NCBI GenBank assembly: GCA_963705165.1
Contig: CAVPJD010000009.1
Coordinates: 64,001-128,000, forward strand
Origin: an uncultured delta proteobacterium
GTDB lineage: Bacteria > Desulfobacterota > Syntrophia > Syntrophales > UBA2192
Direction: 5' to 3'
DNA: 64,000 nt
Shown here: positions 43,936 through 54,772 of the stretch, piece by piece
Position numbering within the stretch: position 1 is the first letter of the stretch
How the letters are laid out: each line of letters begins with the position of its first letter
Program-made: the position numbers and the translations under genes
The notes under the pieces: model-generated
Seen by the model: the letters and a program-made list of their open reading frames with translations, nothing else
Told to the model about the DNA's origin: nothing
The model's database searches: none

Positions 43936-43976
43936 TTCTTGCAATCATGCATTTGAAATGCATGATTGCAAGAAAT
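43934..43976. promoter_or_regulatory. Perfect 21-bp-arm inverted repeat over the AAA gene start/promoter
   Basis: atttcttgcaatcatgcattt-g-aaatgcatgattgcaagaaat. Confidence 0.8.
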
Positions 43977-44160
43977 ATTTTCTCTCCGGCACAGATGTCC
44001 TCGCCGGACCGAGGCAGAAAATAAAAACGGGGCCTCTGGAAGAAGGCCCCTGGACTTTTCCGGACATGAATAACTTCTTGTAATGACTCGGAAATACTCT
44101 GCACAATATGGCAGGTGACCGATTAGGTGGCGCCACATATCAAACTAGCTAATGAATTTA

Positions 44161-44243
44161 AATAGACCGAACAGACGGAATAGACTGAATAGACCAGAGA
44201 GCCGCTCCGCGGCATTGCCTTGTGGCTTGCGGCTTGTGGCTCT
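44161..44243 (+). repeat. 9-nt AATAGACNG microrepeat array, copy 1, with short palindrome and heptamer repeats
   Basis: aatagaccg-aacagacgg-aatagactg-aatagacca; gccgctccgcggc; cttgtgg repeats. Confidence 0.85.
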
Positions 44244-44268
44244 TACCCTAGTATGTCAATATGAAAGT

Positions 44269-44517
44269 CTAACCCCGATCCTCACACAGATAGCCCACGT
44301 CGGTTCTGCACGCGGGATCTTTGCCTGAAATGCCGTTCACCTACAAGGTCCCTGCAGTTGGCCGAGTGAAATCGAGCAACATCTTGACGATGGTTGTCTT
44401 GCCAGCACCGTTGGGACCCAGCAGGGCGAAATATTCGCCTTTCGCGACGGAGAAGGAAATCTGGTCAACAGCCGTAAGAGAACCGTATCGCTTAGTAACT
44501 GCTTGTAATTCAATCAT
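44269..44517 (-). pseudogene. ABC ATPase N-terminal fragment
   Basis: MIELQAVTKRYG...GPNGAGKTT..RPTAGTL then in-frame TAG; truncated at ~44275. Confidence 0.85.
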
Positions 44518-44929
44518 GGCTCTCCGTCTCTCGTCTCATTTGAGACTGTTTTTCCTTTATCGTTTTTTGTAGGCGAGCCGTATCAAAATATACCTCATTA
44601 CGTATGATTTTATCATTCGATATTTCAACAATATCCAAGCCATAATCAACAATTATGTCGTTATTAATAGGAAGGGACACCTTCCATTTCAATGTGAATC
44701 CATTTTCTGTTGGGAATATTTCAACACACTCATATTTCCAGTTGGGATAAAAACTTATAAAATTGCTAAAATATGTTAATATTTGCTTTTTCCCTTTTAG
44801 ACCTTGAGGAATGAAAGGATCTGAATAGAAAGCATCATCTGAATAAAATGATATCAGCAATTCAGGTTTGTTACCCGTCCAAGCAGGCAACCATCGATTA
44901 CAAAAATCTTTTGCTTTTTCCAATTCCAT
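44510..44929 (-). CDS. NTF2/SnoaL-like protein, AT-rich
   Basis: WLPAWTGN, FYSDDAFYSDP, IIRNEVYFD; aggag RBS. Confidence 0.85.
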   Translation of the reverse strand: MELEKAKDFCNRWLPAWTGNKPELLISFYSDDAFYSDPFIPQGLKGKKQILTYFSNFISFYPNWKYECVEIFPTENGFTLKWKVSLPINNDIIVDYGLDIVEISNDKIIRNEVYFDTARLQKTIKEKQSQMRRETESHD

Positions 44930-45100
44930 AATCTTCTCCTTACATAAGTACGCGAAAGTAATTCATGCTGCCGCTAACAATTACGTTGGAATATTGCATA
45001 ACCTCAACGAATCTAAAAAACACACTTTCAGTGCGCCTCTTATCTTCCTGAAGCCTGATTCCCGACTCCCGAAGCCCTCTTTTCGTCACTCCGCGACTGG

Positions 45101-45170
45101 ATAGACCGAACAGACGGAATAGACTGAATAGACCAGATGCGGCCTTGCCACTTTGCCACCCTGCCACTTC
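45101..45170 (+). repeat. 9-nt microrepeat array, copy 2
   Basis: 45101-45137 is identical to 44162-44198; followed by tgccac repeats. Confidence 0.85.
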
Positions 45171-45429
45171 TTTACTGGTCACTGTGGCGTCAATCCTGTT
45201 CACTTTTGTCACGGATAAAGATCTGACCCCTATTTCCCCTCTGATGATTGACGATTGTAATCGACTATGCGAGGTTAAATCCCTTCTCTGCGCATTTCAG
45301 GAAGGAAGTTGCTACCCGACCGAAAATGACCTCGAAAAATTCCGTTCTGCGCACGACAAGGCCGCAACATTCAGTTGGGAATTGAACTGAGGTTTACCGC
45401 TTGAACTGTAGACACCAATAACGCTGTCT

Positions 45430-46353
45430 TTATCTTTTCTCATTCAAGAAACTCATGTAGGCCTTTGCGGTTTCTTCGGGCTTCTCAATCATGGGGCAAT
45501 GGCCCGTGTCCTCATGATAACCGTCCTGAAATTCTTCAGATTCTTTTCCAGGAACACAACGCTCCCTACGTCCAGCATCTTGTCCTGATCCCCCCACAGG
45601 ATCCGGACAGGCGCCTGAATCTGGGGCAGGACGGACGCCAGGGAAAACTGGAACAGGTTGGTATCGTTCCATATTTTCCTGTTGAACTCCATGTGGGCGA
45701 TCCAATCCGCGACCAGGATTTTCTTGAAGGCTGGAGGGAAGGGGGGCATCTTCTCGTAAACCAGGGCCAGCAGCTTATCGACATCTTCGGGGTTGCCGGC
45801 CAGCAGCAGATTGTTGCCCTTCTCCAGTTGCAGGACGAACTCGCTTTTGTTTTCAACGGCGCTCCGGCCATATCCAACAGGGCAAGAGTCAGGACCTTCC
45901 CGGGGTGTTTTGCCCCGTAGGTGGCCGCGTATGCGCCGCCCATTGAATTGCCTGCCATGTGGAATTTGTCGAGCTTGAGCACCTCCACAAACCGGTCGAT
46001 GCGCCCAACCTGGCTCTCGACACCGTAATGTTCCGTCGGCACCTGCGAGCTTTCACCGAAGCCGGGCACATCGGGGATAACAAGGTGGTATCCCTTCAAG
46101 TACCTGGCGAAGGCGGTCCATTGGTCCTTGTAGCCGCCGAATCCATGAAGGAGCACGACGGTTTCCCCTGTTCCTCCTTCCAGGTAAACGATCCGGTGAT
46201 TGTCGACCATGATGCATTCTTGACCAGATCGGCGGAGCGTCTCTGGGCATCGATCGCCAGTTTGAACACCGTTTCCGGGAAAAGGAAGTAAAATGCCACA
46301 CAGACAACAATGGCAACAACGACGATCAGTCCGTACTTTACGATTTTTTTCAT
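45430..46353 (-). pseudogene. Alpha/beta hydrolase (lipase-like), several frameshifts
   Basis: N-terminal TM, LLHGFGG, DVPGFG, GNSMGG nucleophile elbow, WGDQD, GHCPMIEKP spread over different frames. Confidence 0.85.
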
Positions 46354-46615
46354 TTTATTCCCTCCGGACATCGGACTTTTGGGCTTTCCGAAGGTTAGAG
46401 GTGGGTGTTTTGATTAACTGGGCTACAGAAGTGACATTTACAGAATGTTGATTTAGAAATACTCCTAAACTCATGGGTGGTCAAGAAGATAAAGGGTAAT
46501 GGAGTATGGACTCCTCTCCAAATCATATAGGAGATTTGCATTTGTAATCAGGCATTCCTCGTGAATATCCAAAAAACAAGACTCAGGAAGAAAGCGATAC
46601 CACTGCAAAGCAGCC

Positions 46616-46885
46616 CGACGGAACAGACCGAATAGTTCTTCTCCCACGACCAAATAGACAAAATAGACTAGATAGACGGAATAGACTAGAGAGTTGCCCC
46701 GCGGCCCGCTTGTTGCTTGTTGCTTCGCAAAATGCAAGTGTTCCGACCCGTCTTATACACGGCTCACGAAAGTAAAAATGTAAAGTACGTCCCCAATCTC
46801 CCAATCTCCGCCGACCAAATAGACAAAATAGACTAGATGACGAAACAGACCAGAGAACTGCGAAGCGGCCTCAAGACCTGATTCC
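46616..46885 (+). repeat. 9-nt microrepeat arrays, copies 3 and 4
   Basis: cgaccaaatagacaaaatagactagat occurs at ~46647 and ~46812. Confidence 0.8.
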
Positions 46886-46912
46886 ATCTCTCTCCCATAT
46901 CAGAAGGATGGT

Positions 46913-47586
46913 TTAGAATCCCAGCCAGCGAGTATTCTTGTCGAGAGATTCACGACCGTTCACCAGGGCATTCGCGGGAAAGTCCCAGTCCGGATATCCG
47001 ATGGCAATGGCAATGATGATCTTCTTGTTATCCGGTATTTGTGCGATTTCCCGTACGGCTTCGGGATACAACACCCCCTGGTCTTCAATGCAGGTGCCAA
47101 GCCCAAAGTGGAGTGCCGCCAGGCAAATATTCTGCATGGCCGCCCCGAGATCGAGCAGAGGCCCGCAATCGCTCAGGGATTTATCTGTCAGAAGAAGGAT
47201 TGCGACCGGAGCGTCAAAGAAACGGAAACCCCGTTCCAGCCAGGCTGCTCTTTTCTTTTTGTCGTCCCTGGGGATATTCATAAGCTCAAAGAGTTCTTTG
47301 GCCAGTTCGATCTGTCGATTCCGGTATATGCTCTCGTTCGACCAGCTGACCGCTTCGTGCTCAGGATGCGCCGCCTCTTTCTTGTTTAATTTCTCAACGA
47401 TGGCAGTCCGCAGCCTGTTCAGAACATCACCCGTCAAGACAAGAAATTCCCATGGTTGCGTATTCATTGCCGATGGGCGCCCTGCAGGCCGATTCCAGAA
47501 TTTTGGTCAACATGTCCTTTGAAACAGGGTCGGATTTGAATCCTCTGATGCTTTTTTCTTTTGTTTATCGCATCAATAATGTTCAT
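46913..47586 (-). pseudogene. Nitroreductase, frameshifted near the 5' end
   Basis: MNIIDAIN..RKSIRGFK..RPSAMNTQPWEF, FFDAP, LGTCI, IAIGYPD. Confidence 0.82.
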
Positions 47587-47669
47587 ACTGTTTCTCCTTT
47601 AGCTATGCGGCTTGCGGCCAATGATAACCCTTTCCTTAATCTCTCCTTCGCCCGCCGAGGAAGGCGGTG

Positions 47670-47726
47670 TCGTGAGCAGCCATGGCGAGCTGCCATGGTT
47701 GAGCCGTGTCGAAAAACCCACGAACC
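47670..47726. repeat. REP-like palindrome
   Basis: gcagccatggc-gagct-gccatggttg hairpin within gtgagc...gtcgaa flanks. Confidence 0.45.
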
Positions 47727-47800
47727 AGAGGAAACGGGATCAGAGGTGAGGGGGAATTGCCCTTCCACTTCTCCTCTCACTCTTGCCACTCTTGCCACTA

Positions 47801-47837
<37 letters not shown>

Positions 47838-47869
47838 TCCTCTCACAACTTCCACCCCGCGGTCCAAAT

Positions 47870-48567
47870 AGGTTCAATATGCAAGTCTATTCTTCACACT
47901 ACTTACCGTAACATTGACGGTGAGCGTTTGGCCGGAAGCCTCGACGATTTTAATTGCTGCACTTCCTGTTTGCTGGGCGCTAACCGCATATTGCTTGGCG
48001 CCGGTGGGTGAAATTCCCTGATATTGAACTTTGACGCAGTTATTGGATGCTGTAATCGTGAACGGCTCCTTCCCCCCATACAGACAGAATGCGTATTTTC
48101 CCCTTTATGTCGCTTAATATCAAATTGCTGTCCGTTATCACCGCCTGAAGTTTTGCGACTGCAGGCACGGGCCTTTCTTTGACGCGGATATAGGTAAATG
48201 TGGCCGTATTGCGGCTGTCCCGCACAGTAATATTGGCCAGACCGGGTTTATTGGCCGTGATGCGGCAGTTATTCTTGTCAACCTTGGTAATCGTTACGGC
48301 ATTCTTGTTATGTTCCGTCACGGTATACGGCGGCGCACCGGCTGTCATATTCAGGGTGGCTGTTCCGCCGACATAAATTTCGCTAGCGGACAGCTTCAAT
48401 TGCGGGCGTTGGTTCTCATTCGGTATGACCGTCACCTGCGCATTACCGCCCTTGCCCTGGCCGTTTTTACTTGCACCATAACCTTGCTGCCGAGACTGGA
48501 CGAGACGCCTTTGAAGACAAAGGTATCCGCAGCGCCGGTACCGGTGACGGCAAGATTGGTGGAAACT
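47870..48567 (-). pseudogene. Fragment of a surface protein with Ig-like beta repeats
   Basis: GAPPYTV, ITANKPGLANITVRDS, SAQQTGSAAIKIVEASGQTLTVNVTV; no start codon or signal peptide; frameshifts. Confidence 0.6.
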
Positions 48568-48625
48568 TGGGGTCAAATCTTTATCCTTGAATATTAAAAG
48601 TACACGATGTTGAAGTTATTCAAAC

Positions 48626-48668
48626 AAAAAAGCCCGACCAGAAGCTTACATCTCCCGAGTCGGGCTTT
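48626..48668 (-). terminator. Terminator-like hairpin
   Basis: aaaaaagcccgac...gtcgggcttt. Confidence 0.6.
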
Positions 48669-48696
48669 ATGATCCCGCAAAAATTTCATTGTCCCC

Positions 48697-48788
48697 TCTG
48701 GTCTTTCTAGTCTGTCTAGTCTATTCGGTCTATCCAGTCTGTCTGGTCTATTTAGTTTGTTCGTTGATTTCGTTTGTTTCGTCGAGAG
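48697..48788 (-). repeat. 9-nt microrepeat array, copy 5 (inverted)
   Basis: Reverse strand aatagacca-gacagactg-gatagaccg-aatagacta-gacagacta-gaaagacca. Confidence 0.85.
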
Positions 48789-48910
48789 AAGGCAAGTATT
48801 GTCTGTGTAAATAAGCTTGCCCGTACGGGCGGTTAGATGAATGTCTTGACAGGCGCGAGCTGTAAATGCTAAATGCTGCCTCCTGGTATTGTAGAAACAT
48901 GAGAATGGAT

Positions 48911-49040
48911 ATGCGCAAACACCTGGTCATCATATCGGCTGTTTTATTTTTCTTCGTGTCGCTGGCTCTTGCCCTGCATCACGACGATGCCCCCTTTCAG
49001 ACAGTCACTTGTTCCATCTGCAAGGTGAAGAACTCGTCTT
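48911..49040 (+). pseudogene. N-terminal fragment of a small His/CxxC membrane protein, cut by the junction
   Basis: MRKHLVIISAVLFFFVSLALALHHDD...CSICK; ttgaca upstream. Confidence 0.55.
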
Positions 49041-49959
49041 CGCGCGAACAGGACTGGCCGGGCGAGGTCGAGCAACTGACGGGCGACCGCAACACCGGCA
49101 CGCTCGACGCGTTGAAGAACCGCGCGTGGGACGTCTGCATCGACAACCCGACCACGCTGCCGTTCTGGGTGCGCGACGCCGGCCAGGTGCTCAAGGGCAA
49201 GGTCGGCCAGTACGTCTTCATCTCCACGCTGTCGGTCTATGCCGAGGAGAAAGAGGTGGGGGCCGACGAGACGGCGCCGGTGGCCCAGTACCAAGGGGGC
49301 CGACCCGATGAAGGAGTCCCAGGAGACGCTGCGCGGCGACGTCGGCAACCTGTACGGCCCGCTGAAGGCCCTGTCGGAGAAGGAAGCCGAGCGGTGGTTC
49401 CCGGGCATCACGACCGTCATCCGCCCCACGCTCATCGTCGGACCCGGTGACGATTCGGACAGGTTCACCTACTGGCCCGTTCGCCTCAACCGCGGGGGCG
49501 ACGTGCTCGCGCCGGGGGACGGCAGCGATCCGGTTCAGTACATCGACGCGCGCGACCTCGCCCAGTGGACCATCCGCATGGTCGAGTCCAGGACGCTGGG
49601 CACCTTCAACGCCGCGGGCCCCGACTTCGAGCTGACGATGATGGAGATGCTCTACGGCATCCGCGCGGCGACGACCGTGGCGTCGAAGCTCCACTGGGTG
49701 CCGACCAGTTTCCTGCGCGAGCAGAAGGTGCAGGCCTGGTCGGACATGCCCGGCGTGGGTGCCGTCGGAGCCCGACACGCGCGGGTTCAGTACGCGGAGC
49801 GTCAAGCGCGCCGTGGCGGCCGGGCTCACGTATCGGCCGCTCGCCCAGACGGCACTGGACACGCTGGCCTGGTGGAAGACGCTGCCCGCCGAGCGGCAGG
49901 CCGCCTTGCGCGCGGGCATCAAGCCCGAGCGCGAGGCGGAGGTGCTGGCAGCGTGGAAG

Positions 49960-49975
<16 letters not shown>
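49041..49975 (+). CDS. NAD-dependent epimerase / atypical SDR, 5'-truncated and frameshifted
   Basis: YVFISTLSVY, YGPLKALSE, RPTLIVGPGD..DRFTYWP, YIDARDLA, GLTYRPL; Gly-rich N-terminus absent; end approximate. Confidence 0.85.
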
Positions 49976-51358
<1,383 letters not shown>

Positions 51359-51398
51359 GGCGGGTACTCATCCCACACGTGAATGGGCCAACGACCAA

Positions 51399-53029
51399 TC
51401 AGCGGGTGGCGCCGAGACCGGCCATCAACGCCACGAGTGCCGGGGAAGGGTCGGGCCCCGTGCCCAGCGCGTGGTGCTCGCACGCCTCGTGAACCTTCAT
51501 CAACTCCGCGTAGCGCGCCACGTTGGCCGCGTCTGGCACGACGCGACTGAGCGCTCGCCGGACGACGAAGCCGTCGACGACCCCGGCCCAGTCCGCCGGC
51601 TCGCTGCGGTCCACGAGGTCCGCGTGATACGCCCGCAGCGCCGCCCCGAGCGACGCGGAATCGCCCACCTCGAGCTGGTGGACGTCCGCGCCGAAGACGT
51701 CGGCCATCACGCTGCAGCATGCCTCGATTCACCGCGGCGCCGCCGGTGGCGTGGATGGTGTCCACGCGCACGCCCATCCAGCGGCAGTGCCGAGCCATCG
51801 CCATCATCTGCGCCTCGACGAGGGCGCGCACGTTGGCCGGGCCGTCGGTGTCGTGGAGGCCGTAGCGGCGGACGCCGGCGCGAGCACGCTCGGCGTGATC
51901 TCCGGCTTCGAACCACGGCAGCATGATGCGCCGCCGTTCCGGCGCGGGTTGCGTGCCGCAGCGCCCGGAGAATCCCGCCCAGTCGAGCCCGAATGCCTGC
52001 CGGACACGCTCGCGGGCCAGCGAGCCGTTCTTGAAGCAGATGAGGCCCATGTAGTCGCCGGTCGGCGAGCCGAACACGTGCCCCGTTCCGGACGGGTCCA
52101 TGCGGGCCTCGGGCATGAAGCCGAAGACCGTGTCGCTCGTGCCGAGCGAGACGGCGATGCGCCCTCGCGAAGGAGACCGACGCCGACGAGGCTGCACGGG
52201 TTGTCGCCGGACCACGCGATCACCTTGGCCGGAGGAAGCCCGTATCGCGCGTCCAGTAGGGCGCGAGCGTGCCGACCACCGCCCGAGGGCGCCCGAATCG
52301 GCGGCAGCCTGCCGGCAAGGTCCGGGCCGTCGCTCGCAGCGCCGCCGGCGCCCACTGCCTCGCCGATGTCCATCAGGTTCATGCCCGAGCCGTCGCCCGG
52401 CTCGATCGGCGCGTGGCCCCCGGCAAGCAGCGAGGCAAGAAACGAACTCACGAGGTGGATGCGCTCGGTGCGCGCGTAGCCGTCCGGGTCGGTGCGTGCG
52501 AACTTGCGGATCTGCGGCCCGGTGAAGCGCTCGAACGCCCGCGATCCGGTGAGCCGCGCGAGCGCGGCGTCGCCGCCCACGGCCGCGCTCGATGGCCCGG
52601 CAGTCCGCGGTGGTGCTGGAGTCCATCCAGATGGGCGAGCACCTCGCGCGAGAACAGGCCACGGAGCTGGACGGCCAGCGGTCGTGCGGGATCGAGGCGC
52701 GCGAGGGCGTCGCCGGCACCACGCGCCAGGTAGACGCTGCCGTGCTGCTGCGCCGGAGCCCGAGATCGCCTGAAGGCCGGACAGGTCGATGCCGCTGTCC
52801 TTCAGCCCGGCATCATGGCATCCAGCGCGTCGGCCCACATGGCCGGCGGCGCCACGGCCACGAGGGGATCGGCACCCGGCGACACGCCGTGCCGCGTACC
52901 GTAAGCGGGCAGGGCGTCGTCGAAGCGCAGTGAGTGCCGGAAGACGACCTGGCGGCGGGGCCCATCAATCTCGATGAGCGTGGCCGTCAGGCTCTGCGTG
53001 CTGGAGTCGAAGCCGAGATAGGTGGGCAT
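51399..53029 (-). CDS. Xylulokinase of eukaryotic XYLB/XKS1 type (FGGY family; frameshifted)
   Basis: [76 protein letters not shown]. Confidence 0.88.
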
Positions 53030-53091
53030 GGGGGGTCGTTCGCGGAGCGCGGTGGGGGTCACGCGTGGCGGGGGATCACCCAGCGTGCGGG

Positions 53092-54615
53092 TCACGGCGC
53101 GGGCCGGCCACCCAGCCGCGACACCAGCGGCAGCAACACGAGGCCTGCTGCCGCCGCCAGCGTCCGGTACGGCCACAGCATCGCCCCGCCCGCGTCGTAC
53201 CAGACGGCGGGATCGACCGCAACGAACCGCGCGGTCATCTCGGGGTAGGGGATGAAGGGTGCCGGCCCGAGCAGCGGCTCGCCCCCGCCCAGCCGAAGTA
53301 CCAGCGACACGCCGAAGGCGACCATCGACGCCCTTCGCGTGGCGCGCGGGTCGTAGAGTGCGGCGACCAGCTGCGGGAAGAGCAGCACGAACACGAGGTC
53401 CGACGTGAAGTCCCACAGCGCCTGCACGCTCTGCGCGCGCAGCGCGAGCACCGCCGCGACCGCACCGACGACCAGCACGGCGAGCCGCACGGCGCGTGTC
53501 GTGCCCGCGGCGCCGAGCTCGCGTCCTCGCAGCGCCCGCAGGCCGTTCCAAATCGCCATCGACGCGGCCGAGAGCACCGACGCACTGAAGCTCGAGGTGA
53601 CGGCGCCGACAATGGCGCTCAGGCCGAGCAGCGCGACCAGGGGCGGCGTGGCCTCACGCAACAACAGGGGCAAGGCCTGGGCCGGGGTCGCGGCGAGTTG
53701 CGTGAGCGCCGGCTCGGTCCACGGGTACACCGCCGCGGCCACTCCCAGGATCAGCGGCGGCACGACCAGGGCCATCGTCGCGAACCCGGCGACGATCGAG
53801 GTCCGCCGCGCATGCGCGGGAGACGAGCACGCCAGCACCCGTTGGAAATAGCAGTTCCATGGCACGCCGCCCAGCAACAGCATCACGCTGAGGTCCCACC
53901 ACGCCGTCACAGCTGGCAGCGTCCAATGCGCGCCGCCGAGGGTGACGGGCGGACCGAGTCCGCCACGCTCGGCGAAGGTGGCGCGGTAGGCGCTCCACGT
54001 CGCGTCGAGCCCACCCGTGGCCGCGAGCACGAATGGCACGGCGAGGCACATCCCCACGCCGACCAGTGCGAGTTGCAGCACGTCGGCGTAGGTCACCGAC
54101 CACAGTCCGCCCGCCATCGTGTAGGCGAGCACCGTCGCCGCCGCGACGAGCACCGCGACCTCGAACGGGACGCCGAGCAGCGCCGCAGAGCTGGCGCCGA
54201 TGGCAACCAGCAGCTCGGCGCTCCAGAACAGCTCGCCCATCACCGCCGGCACCGCGAGCACGGCGGCCCACGATCCGCCAAAGCGTTCCGCCAGGGGATC
54301 GATGAGGGTCGTGTAGCCCCGCGCGCGCATCCGGCCGGCGAAGCACGCGCCGCCGATCACCAGGCTGAGGCCGAAGCACACGCCGCCCTGCCAGCCCGAG
54401 GCGGGGCTCGACCGGAACGCGCCTTCCGCCGTGCCGAGCAGGTAGCCGCCATCCACCCACGTCGCCGTCATGGTGAGGACGGCCAGCCAGACCGGCAGCG
54501 CGCGACCGCCCAGGATGAGGTCCGACCGCCGGGCGCGCTTGGCGCCCTGCCACCCGAGCAGCAGGAAGGCGGCGAGCATGGCGGCGATGATGGCGGGCGC
54601 GGCGGCGGAGATCAC
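53092..54615 (-). CDS. Sodium:solute symporter, high-affinity choline transporter (SLC5A7/CHT1)-like
   Basis: TMTATWVDGGYLLGTAE, GGVPWNCYFQRVL, SDLVFVLLFPQL, LRLGGGEP. Confidence 0.88.
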   Translation of the reverse strand: MISAAAPAIIAAMLAAFLLLGWQGAKRARRSDLILGGRALPVWLAVLTMTATWVDGGYLLGTAEGAFRSSPASGWQGGVCFGLSLVIGGACFAGRMRARGYTTLIDPLAERFGGSWAAVLAVPAVMGELFWSAELLVAIGASSAALLGVPFEVAVLVAAATVLAYTMAGGLWSVTYADVLQLALVGVGMCLAVPFVLAATGGLDATWSAYRATFAERGGLGPPVTLGGAHWTLPAVTAWWDLSVMLLLGGVPWNCYFQRVLACSSPAHARRTSIVAGFATMALVVPPLILGVAAAVYPWTEPALTQLAATPAQALPLLLREATPPLVALLGLSAIVGAVTSSFSASVLSAASMAIWNGLRALRGRELGAAGTTRAVRLAVLVVGAVAAVLALRAQSVQALWDFTSDLVFVLLFPQLVAALYDPRATRRASMVAFGVSLVLRLGGGEPLLGPAPFIPYPEMTARFVAVDPAVWYDAGGAMLWPYRTLAAAAGLVLLPLVSRLGGRPAP

Positions 54616-54772
54616 GGGGGAGGCCGGGATGGTGACCGGCGCAGCGTATCACCGTGCGGGCTGCGTATCCGTGCCGGTGCCGTGTCGTCGCGGCGCAGCG
54701 GGCTGGTCGGTCCAGCGTGCTGCTCGCTGGCCAGCCAAGGCGTGATAGCCTCCTGCCGCGAAGGAGCCGCGC

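Noticed and set aside
44985..45000. Integron attC core (GTTAGCG on the minus strand) before the SnoaL gene
   Set aside because: No matching inverse core or attC hairpin, and no integrase.
48866..49450. Novel membrane-anchor/epimerase fusion protein
   Set aside because: The ORF spans the suspected chimeric junction.
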